This document shows, piece by piece, positions 36,401-44,342 of a stretch of DNA of 64,000 bases (within the stretch, counting starts at the first letter, position 1; every line of letters begins with the position of its first letter). The stretch covers positions 46,066,001-46,130,000 of the forward strand of contig CM097885.1 of the NCBI GenBank assembly GCA_044892525.1. The letters are read 5' to 3'. The notes under the pieces were generated by a model. It made no database searches, was not told the origin of the DNA, and saw only the letters and a program-made list of their open reading frames with translations. Origin of the DNA: Schmidtea polychroa. Lineage: Eukaryota. A program made the position numbers and the translations under genes.

Positions 36401-39400
36401 AATCTGAGATGGCGAATATATCTTTATATTCTACCAACAATCGGTGCAATTTTTTCTTTTCGTCATTCGTCAACAACATACTATCTATTGTCCATAATTC
36501 ATCATCTTTGATCATCTCGTTGGTCACTTTCGGTAATTCTATGTCCATCATTGGGGTCAATCTTCCCAATTTTTCGTTCTCATAAATGATTTTGTCTTCC
36601 TCTTCGAAATTCGTGATGTTGAGCGGTATCACTCCTTCTTGGTTTATTGTGATTATTTCTCTTGCGAGTGGTAATTCTCGTCGCTTTTCAAATGACTTGC
36701 TTGGTTCAAAGATAACTTCTCCTTCCATACCCGTATCCACTTTTATCTGACAAATCATCTGTGATTTTGCTGGTACTATTATTTTTTCTGGACATCTGAT
36801 GACTGCATTCATTTTGCATATTCTACCGGTTTTGTCTTTTAAACACATGGTTGTTAAGTCAATTACGACTTCTTTTAACAATTCTGGCATCAAATCCGTT
36901 CCGATTATGCATGGTACGCTAAGTTTTGGTATTACTGCCAAATACGTTTCAATTTCGTTGTCCTGGTATCTCAATGTAGTCCACCATCTTCCGACCACGT
37001 CCACTGTTTCTTTACTACATGCTATGATGTGAATTGTTGTTGATTCGATATCCTTCCAGTGTTTACTGGGGATTTGATTAATCGCTATCGCTGATACATT
37101 AGCTCCGGTGTCTATCATAGCATTGGTTTCTTTACCATTGATTTGAATCATAACTGTTACTGCTGGACCTCCAGGTAAACTCATCGCTGCTATTGTTCTT
37201 ACGTCATCTGCTTGATCTACACTTTTGGTACGTCGTGTTGGCATATAATGCATACCGGGTTGACTCGGTAATTGCGGATACATATTTTGTGTCATGGTCA
37301 AAGCTGTTTGTGGTCCCACGATATCCGGTGGTATATAGCTTCCATTGGCGATCCAGGTGTTTGTCTTTTCCTTTTCCCAATATGGTGCCGTTTCCATTGG
37401 TTTTTCGTTTGGGTTTCTGTTTGGATAAAGACATTTATCGTTCCCGTTATCATCGTCGTCACTATCGCTGTTAGATGATTGGCTTCTAAATCGGTCCAAG
37501 AATTTTGGCTTATTCTTTTTCAATTGTCGTCTTGTTGCTTCATCGTACATTACTTTCCGGAATCGTCTGCCTACTTCTTCGTCGGTTCCTTTAATCTTTG
37601 TTAATATTTTTATCAATCGCTTTATCCGATGAATGTCTTTTGAGTGGCCATGTAATACCATGGTCTTAGCTAAAAATGGTAAGAAGCCTACTATCATTTT
37701 CCAATTAACTTTCTTTTCCCGCTTGTATATATCGAAACAAGCTAACATTTGTGTTAGTATTACTCTGACTATCTGAATTATGAGTATGATCCCTAATATC
37801 CCGGCCATCATTTGTCCAAAAACTAAGAATCTTCCCCACATTGCTTTCATCATGTTTGACGTAGCTTGTTGAAAATGGTCTGGCGATAATAGCAGCTCGT
37901 AATTCGGGCCTGATTGATAATTTGTGCCCCCAGTTATTGTAACCATATTAGACAAAATGGATTCTCGTCTGGCTGGGAAGAGTACGTTAAGTCGTGCTGT
38001 TTCTAGATCTTCTGGGGAATACATACCACCGTTTGACACGTCTATAGGTTTGAAATCCAGCTCTGTGGCGAGTTCTATTAATCCAAATTTCTTGGGCTCC
38101 TCGGATATGGTTTTTCCCGGTAACATCATCCATTTCCCATCGGGCCTTTCATATAAAGGTCCGTATGCATTAGAACAGTTAAAGAGATTTGGGTAGAAAC
38201 CCACTGGATTCATAATTCTAGTGACTGGTTGGACGAATCGATTTTGTCCTTTATAACGGATTTCTAATTCATTTGCACATCTCTTTTCGGGTAGTATGGA
38301 TTTTTCTGGCATTCGTGCATACGTCTTGGTACACTGGTATGTGTACATCACTTCTCCTACCATTCTACCAAAGTGTCCATCTGGTAATGGGAGGGATGGC
38401 ATCGTGTTATCTGGGTGCGTTATCGCAATAGCTAGCTTTGTTTTCAATATTTCTTTATTCAATGAACAATCGTTTTGTATCAGATCGTAATATACTTTTT
38501 GCAAGGTCGTTTGTCCACGATGAAATAGAAAATCCATTTTATTATTTGCATATAAGTATAGTTTTACGTCCTCCGTTGCTATCTTTCCCACTGCTCTATC
38601 GATTATTTGTCTCGACATATAGATACCTGCGTAATTGGTTTTATATACTATACTGTCACATTTGGTGGTTTCTTTCTCTTTGATAAACCTCATACCTAGA
38701 TCTGGATCGTCTGTGATTAATGCTGTTGGTGTCTTCTGCGTTGAAAGTCTCTTTTCTCTGGGAGATGGTGGCATTGGTTTTCCATTTCGCATCCTCACTC
38801 TGTCGTTTCCATCCTCGTCGTTCTCGTTCTCATATATTTCTCCTTTTACTTCATTGAACAAAGCACTTTTTAACAGTTGGAGTCGGCATTTTTGGGTATT
38901 AGCTTCATAGATTATAGTTGATACTCCTGTCCTGCATACGTTTTCTGTAGCTTTACACGTTGGGTTGGTCTTCATTTGGTAATTATTTGCGTCAAATTGC
39001 GCTTCGTATTCTTTTAATTCGACCGTGTAAGACTCGATCACTACAACTCCCGATATTACCTCGCCTCGGATCGTATACGTACCTCCGTTACATGACCCAT
39101 CTGATGATTTTACTTTTCCGGATACGTAAACACTTTCGGTTTTAATCATTCCAGTTTGTCCGTGAATTGTCACTCCGTTATGCATTTTTAGCGCTCCGGT
39201 TCTAAATAGCTCTTTACAATCCTCTCGTTGTATTGATACGATTTCTTTATCCAGACCGGGTAGTATAAGAGTCGAATACGAATATTGTCCACAGTAATAT
39301 GCGAGTACCTTTTTTGATACTACGCATTCCCTTGCTTGCGTTCTGATGAAATCTGATTCTTGATATACATGGTAAGTAACTTTTGTTCTTACGATGTCCA

Positions 39401-41345
39401 ATTTGTTGGGTGAGGCTTGTCTGCATTCTTCTATGTCTCTCAATGAGTATTTATCTCTCATTATCATATTATCACAATCGTAGATGGTGAAACCTGTTGC
39501 TCCACTTGTGCACAACATCCATATCATCATAGTCATCATTAACGAATTTATTGATGCTTTTCTGCTTGCGGGATCTTTCATCGGTAGTTCCCATTCTAGT
39601 TCATTTAACAGTTTTTTCAATCTAACTTGCATCGACCTTTCTTGCTCATTTTTCCGTGGCGCTTGTATTAGTCTTTTCCATCCTCCTGCACGAATAATAT
39701 GTGGTTCAATAGTATTCTCTATGATTGAAACGGTCATTTCCACATGATTTGCAAACTGTTTATTTGGTATTTTCCTCGCAGCTAGTCCCATCAAATTATA
39801 CATCAAATAAGTGATTACCACTAGATGATGCTCGTCATCATTTGCATTTGTCGTGAGCTGCTCAATCACTCTCTTTGTTTCGTCCCAATCCGTTTTGGTG
39901 GTTTTCGTTTTCTCTTTGATTAACTTTGGGATTATCCCCGAAATGGTGCGCCATAATTGTCTAGCTTCCGTACTGGCTACTTTCCGTTGCCACAAACGTC
40001 TAAGTTGTGGGTTTGTTATTATTAACATATCTTTTAACAATTCTCGTATCCATTTTTCTCCTCTTTCGATCGTTGGTTGGGCTTCCTTTAGATCCCATAC
40101 TATTTTATCCAATTTTTCTAATCGAAATTGCCCTTGTTCTTGCTTTAATTGTTCTTTGGTTTTGAACTCAGACTTTTCTCCTTGTTTCTTGGGTCTTCCT
40201 TTTGCCCGTTTTTCCATCATCGTTCCTGCTTCTCTGGTATTTTCGTAATTCGGATTTCTTTCGTTATCCGTTCTGGGTAATGAGCTATCGTTATTTCTTA
40301 GCCACTCATTCCATTCGTCTATTATTTTGTCGGTTTGACTTTCTGGTGTTACTTTCGTTGGTTCTCTTTGCTTCTGGAATTGTTCATCCGTTTCGGTTTC
40401 CGTAGTATTGTCGATGATTTCTTTGATGTTCAGTTTCGTTGGTTGTTGATAACTCGTTGATGGCTGGTTATTAGTCCACATTTCGGCTCCTGTCGGCCAT
40501 CTCACTAATAGCGGTGATCTTTCTCCTGGTTCATCGTCACTATCTTCCAGGATTATCTCTTCAACTTCTTCAGTTTCATTAGATTTACTTGGTGCTTTGT
40601 TCGGACTTGGAGTACTCAAACTGCCTTTTGTTGGTTTAATAATTTTACTTTTCCTTTTTAACGGTTTTCCCAACGTTTCTGCCATTGTTAATACATTTGT
40701 CTCTTCCAATCTCATGGGGGTTATCCCGACGTCTGCATTATCGTCTAGTGATTTTCCGAACAGTTGCAGATGGAATGGAGTTTCATATGCTAATTTCTTT
40801 TTTAATTCTCTAATTTTTGTTGTTGGATGCACCTCTAGTTCCTCGATGCTCTTGTCCGGATACTTGATTCGGATGTGATACCTCTCCTGGGTGTCTTGTG
40901 CCCATTCCTGATTTCTCCATTTTCGAATAATTTGTTCTAGCTGTTCTGGATACCATTCATTATATTGCCGGTATTCCTCTATTGCCTTTGCCATTCCTCT
41001 CAGATTGTGGATGTCCTCTGATGTCTTTAAGATGATGTTAGCCAACGCTACTACTTGGCGTCTTTGATTTTTCGCTCCCATTGCTAAGATATCGCCTAAT
41101 TGTTTATATCTTTCTTTCTCTTCTCGTTCTCTTGCTTCCGTCGCTTCCTCGCCGTCCATATCAGCATATTCACGTTCCTTTTTCCTCATTGCATGAATAT
41201 GTCTCGCTTCATTTTCGCTTTCTGATGTGACATCCGTCTCGCCTTCGTCATCTGATGTCTGTTCCCTTGCTTCCTCTTCATATTTTGGAGGTTCCTCTTC
41301 TTCTTCCTCCGATTCACTTTCTGTCTCACCAATGTCTGTTTCCAC
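30489..41345 (-). CDS. pol: 3618-aa polyprotein: UBL - Bcl-2-like - envelope glycoprotein - PR - RT - RNase H - IN - ankyrin repeats - C-terminal membrane protein
   Basis: PR IDTGANVS (~37110); RT YIDD (~35890); RH LATDASG (~35450); IN HDGRLGGH...CLTC, DVVGP, TDQG, NGMTERFN, GPY; ankyrin GDTPLH, GYTPLM, GETAMM. The annotated start is a GTG 7 codons after the gag UGA, in the same frame. Confidence 0.95.
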   Translation of the reverse strand: METDIGETESESEEEEEEPPKYEEEAREQTSDDEGETDVTSESENEARHIHAMRKKEREYADMDGEEATEAREREEKERYKQLGDILAMGAKNQRRQVVALANIILKTSEDIHNLRGMAKAIEEYRQYNEWYPEQLEQIIRKWRNQEWAQDTQERYHIRIKYPDKSIEELEVHPTTKIRELKKKLAYETPFHLQLFGKSLDDNADVGITPMRLEETNVLTMAETLGKPLKRKSKIIKPTKGSLSTPSPNKAPSKSNETEEVEEIILEDSDDEPGERSPLLVRWPTGAEMWTNNQPSTSYQQPTKLNIKEIIDNTTETETDEQFQKQREPTKVTPESQTDKIIDEWNEWLRNNDSSLPRTDNERNPNYENTREAGTMMEKRAKGRPKKQGEKSEFKTKEQLKQEQGQFRLEKLDKIVWDLKEAQPTIERGEKWIRELLKDMLIITNPQLRRLWQRKVASTEARQLWRTISGIIPKLIKEKTKTTKTDWDETKRVIEQLTTNANDDEHHLVVITYLMYNLMGLAARKIPNKQFANHVEMTVSIIENTIEPHIIRAGGWKRLIQAPRKNEQERSMQVRLKKLLNELEWELPMKDPASRKASINSLMMTMMIWMLCTSGATGFTIYDCDNMIMRDKYSLRDIEECRQASPNKLDIVRTKVTYHVYQESDFIRTQARECVVSKKVLAYYCGQYSYSTLILPGLDKEIVSIQREDCKELFRTGALKMHNGVTIHGQTGMIKTESVYVSGKVKSSDGSCNGGTYTIRGEVISGVVVIESYTVELKEYEAQFDANNYQMKTNPTCKATENVCRTGVSTIIYEANTQKCRLQLLKSALFNEVKGEIYENENDEDGNDRVRMRNGKPMPPSPREKRLSTQKTPTALITDDPDLGMRFIKEKETTKCDSIVYKTNYAGIYMSRQIIDRAVGKIATEDVKLYLYANNKMDFLFHRGQTTLQKVYYDLIQNDCSLNKEILKTKLAIAITHPDNTMPSLPLPDGHFGRMVGEVMYTYQCTKTYARMPEKSILPEKRCANELEIRYKGQNRFVQPVTRIMNPVGFYPNLFNCSNAYGPLYERPDGKWMMLPGKTISEEPKKFGLIELATELDFKPIDVSNGGMYSPEDLETARLNVLFPARRESILSNMVTITGGTNYQSGPNYELLLSPDHFQQATSNMMKAMWGRFLVFGQMMAGILGIILIIQIVRVILTQMLACFDIYKREKKVNWKMIVGFLPFLAKTMVLHGHSKDIHRIKRLIKILTKIKGTDEEVGRRFRKVMYDEATRRQLKKNKPKFLDRFRSQSSNSDSDDDDNGNDKCLYPNRNPNEKPMETAPYWEKEKTNTWIANGSYIPPDIVGPQTALTMTQNMYPQLPSQPGMHYMPTRRTKSVDQADDVRTIAAMSLPGGPAVTVMIQINGKETNAMIDTGANVSAIAINQIPSKHWKDIESTTIHIIACSKETVDVVGRWWTTLRYQDNEIETYLAVIPKLSVPCIIGTDLMPELLKEVVIDLTTMCLKDKTGRICKMNAVIRCPEKIIVPAKSQMICQIKVDTGMEGEVIFEPSKSFEKRRELPLAREIITINQEGVIPLNITNFEEEDKIIYENEKLGRLTPMMDIELPKVTNEMIKDDELWTIDSMLLTNDEKKKLHRLLVEYKDIFAISDLDLGTCDVTLHAIPLIDETPIALRPYKLAEMQKEIAETEVQKMLDAKVIEPSCSPWQFPVVMVKKKDGTQRFCIDYRKLNAVTKRDTYPLPDINEMLLMLQGAAYFTSLDLKSGYWQIKVKDEDKEKTAFTLGRDLYQFRKMPFGLTNAPASFQRCMNFVTHGIKQCMVYIDDLLIYSATFEQHLEDIRNVFIRLRQWKLKLKPSKCDWAKEKVTFLGHIVSAKGKEPDPRNIEKIKTCPAPKTVTQVQEFLGLCGYYRKFIKNYAGIAKPIQELVKKDISFIWEKEQQQAFETLRDKLIEAPILVHPDFKKPFLLATDASGYAAGAILGQLDDEGKERVIGYYSRTFKKHEKNYSVTEREALAIIQAIKHFRYLLWGHEICITTDHQPLVWLGQHKEASSRLMRWAMQLQEYSPFIKFKAGRANANADCMSRFIFPDLVDSEMQRICLIVAEDLDFCQLRKDQQEDAELKQIIDYVKTGKTEVYAKDQKLKEHMDKHRHRYIIEKDWLLIMDGEKRLMCIPENRRKELLTQYHDGRLGGHMSSKKTLARMKQKYFWPTLTEDVTEWVKNCLTCATRKNTGSKWKAPLTPMPVPIEPMTMISMDVVGPLPESDKGNVYILVITDFLTKFPEAFAMPDQKAKTIAKILVEEICCRYGTPKQILTDQGTNFMSEIMSEVTNYFKIAKLRTSPYHPQTNGMTERFNGTLIQMLSNYVDRHQRDWDEYINLCLMAYRMSIHASTKMSPFKLMYGRECNMPMDLEYQPPISQYMEIDDYVTKFKERMQEIWETAGLNIKFYQESYKDLHDRKKNVKQHTFQTGDWVMIETPELIPGTTKKLQRNGKGPYEILFVGETNVRVKLVNNPFTRPIYVNVARCKSIPKTATSQPEGRTLTTRSQTYRMNMMQQLAEPITGRLGIQPSEAEKIVKEVKIKIPGWAKDRLDFEILGGLLTMIENYANRERTHPLLRVVKSQWPILFTITDHYGDTPLHKLMKVGNNEQILETIEAFHDCKRSTEQTNNQGYTPLMIAANRGKTKDIITALLDTGSKITTQDHERKNALHHAIRGRSTEAFTSLMELLSYEDNREVGNMYDGLLTAIKEKLTTITGILITWRNPIRNDYMINVNEAFTRGENTLMREAMKGHHLFEIPNQLLERGIKFTNHKDEQLTKKRIDTFEKSLFQFTNQVRHKYWETVSVLYMMDTMNNIRENYMDIIQILTAEERINNPNGKKTKIRYEKSRESKSTTNQTVTNNVIETKSMSIDQEAIIRKAKEVFFEEMLELPDEIILSKIIKAVHTYARDQTTDLDIGKIKTFLPRAFTMVTKDSRTPLQQAILAAKENRAITIVRILGEMGEETNTKNEQGETAMMYAAITKIHPKTLHILHQSGSKLDERSNEGNSTLDWATIQPNLEMIRFICKNATKEEVENMCKNTSQFQWNTVRKNLEAMKLLLTWRVPQNNKYAINVNEFYENGENAMVKNTLTKGGTPKIILIVLNREDLKFTQNQNEQQRIGKHRRMQLRELVKEWNRKRHAATGRKEFEFEAKLARNRVLTAYRRLLNDINVEDDILNDSEGDKHDDNNGKDRKEDKEKREPEEGKPENKDSDTKREGNSPRTKTKEEEKSNNGKQRVCLPFTNKEIETNMILMIIMLTMIELVTAQGGTRTIKETKEAENQDSKEDELKQEKRKQAQEQQWDLKEEWDLKERCILGRCMSRAYQKLVLINEDTEPITEVRIQEAYRNRDGKRITNVKGKEVHLGKGGEVVITQIQPRKEHKVCISRLGPGERCHQYVTQQQPPKEYTVCIWRNESKRECRRYPGKRGKKRKNHDEKNEGGKHKKTGEEAQDNYVSEEEMEKIQKMAKEGMNEEIARIRERMKGNGKRGNEKSTEAISTLTNQEKPESISVKQMMWISGIIITGAFLIITGGTIKIIKDKRHRGELEMTRIRNFQHRVKRPSNIKQEQWVEAWNAQRPPNSRI

Positions 41346-41366
41346 GAAGGTTCCTTTCCGGATTTC

Positions 41367-44342
41367 TCATTCCTTACTTTCTGCATTCCACACTCTTTCC
41401 CATGGGGTTCGTCTGCAAGATCTGGTATTTAATTTCGTGATTTTTCCTTGTAGCTCTTTTTCTTTTAACCATTGTTGGTGGATTTCAATTATTTCTGTAG
41501 ATTTTCGATATAACGTTTTCATCCGGTCTCGTATTTCTTTTTGATATGTTACATCTCTTGTTCGGAATTCATCCATTGGTACTATCCTGATTATCTGATG
41601 ATTGTCCCACATACCCATTTCGCTTAACGAGGTGTCGTCCTCCGCTCGTAATATTATCTTATCGTACATCATGACTACATCATCCACCATACCATCACTA
41701 CTTTCGCTACGTACCTTTTCCGTTATCTCTTGGTTTATTTTTGATACCAAGTCATCCACTGTACTCTGATTGCTCATTTTTATTCGTCGTTTTTCTTCGT
41801 TCGGTAACCATATGGTTATTTCCAACCTCTGTGGCTGGGTTTCTTTTAACCTTCCATATTTGTGGATCAAATTTATGGTTCTCCAATCACTCATTCGGAG
41901 CATTTCTGTATCTCGCAACCGGCTCATTAGTTCGTACATGACTGGGGCTCGTCTGGTGATGAGTAAATCCCAGTTGTCTTCTACTTGTTCTTGAATTTGT
42001 TTGATCAGCTTATCCAGGTTTCGTCTCAGAGTACATTGTTTTATTTGTTCTAATTTCAATTTGATATTAAAATCATATTCTGCCTTGGCATCTTTAGCCC
42101 AATCGTAAAGGTTGGCTGGTTGTTTTTCTTTATGCAACTTCAGTATTTGCGTTTCTCCTGGCCATATTAGTGCATCTACTAAGTGCATATCTGGTTTGAT
42201 CTGTTCTCCTTGGTATTGATACAGATATTCTTTCTTTCTCGAACTTCCCAAATGTTCTCGTATCCAATCGAAAAGTTCGTCGGTGACTGTATTTTTTATC
42301 CACATTCTTTCAAGTCCTCTACTCGTTCCAATTTTTATTACATACCGCGTGGTATCGGCCTGCTTCATTTTTTCCATATAATTTTTTATAATTGATTTTT
42401 CCTCGTTTGGTATTAAATCTTTCTCGTTTCTTTCCAATTTCATCACTTTTTGCACGAATCGCCTGAATGGTATTACGTCAATGAACTCTTGGTTCCTCAC
42501 TACTACTGGGAGTATTTCGGCTACCTGTTTTATCGCTTCCTCCCTTGCTTTTCTCAACTTTATTTCGATATCTTCGTCTTCACTTTCACTGGTTATCTCG
42601 TTTCCGCTTTCTTCCTCTTTGATTTCCCCTTTTGGAGGTTCGCTTATTTCATTCGGCTGTAGTATTTCTCCACCCAAACTACTTACATAATCTTCTTCTT
42701 CGTCTGACGATGCTACATCTTTTGTCCTTTTCATCATATTGATTTGCAAGTTTCTCATCCTTGGTACTTTCTTTAGTTTCTTTCTTTCGAATATTGTTGT
42801 TTCTTCTGGTTCTGATTCTTGTAGCATTTGGTGGTTTAGTTGACTGGTTTGTTCCTTGCTCTTGTTATTTTCATCTTCTGTCTCGGTTTTCGCTTTATTA
42901 TGTTCTTTTTCGATTTTATCCTTTATCTTTTTCCAGAATATTTTCTGAGTTCTCTGGTTTCCTTTTAAAATCGTGGTTGAATTCTCTGTTTTCATTTCCG
43001 TTGTTATTTCTTTTACCTTTTCTGGTTCAGTCATGGGTACTACCCTTGGGCTTTTCCCGTAATTGTAGCAATACTGGCTCTTCATGTCTTTTACTAACCT
43101 CATCATATTTATTCGCAATGGTTGTTCTTGTCGTTGTTGGTTGCGTTCTTGTTTTATCCTCTCTTCCTCGGCCTGTAGCCTTTGCCATTCTTGTACATGT
43201 TGATGCACTTCATAATTGTTGAGATTTTCGGTACTCCTCATCATACGTATATTCTGGGTTTGTTGTGGTGCTGATTCTTGTCTTGGTCTCATCATTTGTT
43301 GCATCATCTGTTTCATCTGCGAAATTTCCTGCATAACGTTCATTTGTTTTCCTTCGTTAGGGTTACTTTGTCGTTGCGGATTCGCTATATAATTATTATT
43401 TCGCTGTGGTGGTCGTTGTTGTTGGCCCCTTTCTCGGCAATCTCTGGAGATGTGACCTGGCTGACCACAGTTAAAACAGCCTCGCAATTGGCATACATTT
43501 TCGGTATGTCCACGCCGTCCGCAACGATTACAATTTGAATTTCTATAACAATCTCTGTCCCAGTGTCCTGGTTTACCGCATGTTCGGCACTGCTTGTTAT
43601 CGTTCATATTTCGCCGATTATTGAAATTGTTCTCATTATTCGGGTTGTTACGATTACCATTATTCCCGTTTGATCGTCCTTGTGGTGGTTTGAAAATTTG
43701 GTGCGCTCCTGGTATAAATTGATTCATTTTCGGTTCTTGATTGTTGTTATCTCCGTTATCCGCTTTCGCTATTGCTGTCGCTATCCTTCCCTCCTCTTGC
43801 ATAATATTCATTTGAGCTGGAAGGTGGAGCTCGCATCTTGTAGCCCAATCTATGGCTTCCTCTAATGTTTTGCACATTTGACAACCTACTGAGGCTCTTA
43901 CTTCTTCTCGGCGTAATCCCTCTATGAAATAACCGATCAGATTTTCTTCGGGTAATTTTCCATTCATTGCTTTCTTTGCTAATCTCCGCAATTCACTGGC
44001 ATATAATGTTATCGATTCGTTTGCTCTTTGTTTCCTATTTGCTAGTTCGCCCAACGCCTGGTTGATTGGCTTACTGGCTCCGAAGGTTTTCTTCAGGAAT
44101 GTTTTAATATCTTCCCACTTTTCTAATTTCGTGTCTCTCTCTTTAGCTTCTAAATATACCTCTAATGCACTATCGCACAAAAACAACGGCATCCTTTTAC
44201 TAATTGCTTCGGGTGTCCATCCACACACAGTGATATAAACTTCAAAATTAGTTATGAACGTTGCTAGCTTGTTTGCATTTCCGTTGAACGGTTCTCCTCT
44301 GAACTTCTCTTTATACTCGTCGGTTTTTACGACATTCGTCAT
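41367..44342 (-). CDS. gag: Gag (capsid-like region plus three CCHC knuckles) with a ~600-aa C-terminal extension
   Basis: FNGNANKLATFITNFE...; CRTCGKPGHWDRDC, CNRCGRRGHTENVC, CFNCGQPGHISRDC. Confidence 0.92.
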   Translation of the reverse strand: MTNVVKTDEYKEKFRGEPFNGNANKLATFITNFEVYITVCGWTPEAISKRMPLFLCDSALEVYLEAKERDTKLEKWEDIKTFLKKTFGASKPINQALGELANRKQRANESITLYASELRRLAKKAMNGKLPEENLIGYFIEGLRREEVRASVGCQMCKTLEEAIDWATRCELHLPAQMNIMQEEGRIATAIAKADNGDNNNQEPKMNQFIPGAHQIFKPPQGRSNGNNGNRNNPNNENNFNNRRNMNDNKQCRTCGKPGHWDRDCYRNSNCNRCGRRGHTENVCQLRGCFNCGQPGHISRDCRERGQQQRPPQRNNNYIANPQRQSNPNEGKQMNVMQEISQMKQMMQQMMRPRQESAPQQTQNIRMMRSTENLNNYEVHQHVQEWQRLQAEEERIKQERNQQRQEQPLRINMMRLVKDMKSQYCYNYGKSPRVVPMTEPEKVKEITTEMKTENSTTILKGNQRTQKIFWKKIKDKIEKEHNKAKTETEDENNKSKEQTSQLNHQMLQESEPEETTIFERKKLKKVPRMRNLQINMMKRTKDVASSDEEEDYVSSLGGEILQPNEISEPPKGEIKEEESGNEITSESEDEDIEIKLRKAREEAIKQVAEILPVVVRNQEFIDVIPFRRFVQKVMKLERNEKDLIPNEEKSIIKNYMEKMKQADTTRYVIKIGTSRGLERMWIKNTVTDELFDWIREHLGSSRKKEYLYQYQGEQIKPDMHLVDALIWPGETQILKLHKEKQPANLYDWAKDAKAEYDFNIKLKLEQIKQCTLRRNLDKLIKQIQEQVEDNWDLLITRRAPVMYELMSRLRDTEMLRMSDWRTINLIHKYGRLKETQPQRLEITIWLPNEEKRRIKMSNQSTVDDLVSKINQEITEKVRSESSDGMVDDVVMMYDKIILRAEDDTSLSEMGMWDNHQIIRIVPMDEFRTRDVTYQKEIRDRMKTLYRKSTEIIEIHQQWLKEKELQGKITKLNTRSCRRTPWERVWNAESKE

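Noticed and set aside
41343-41345. Independent start codon for the 3618-aa ORF
   Set aside because: The codon is GTG, in frame with gag just after its UGA; readthrough or splicing is more plausible.
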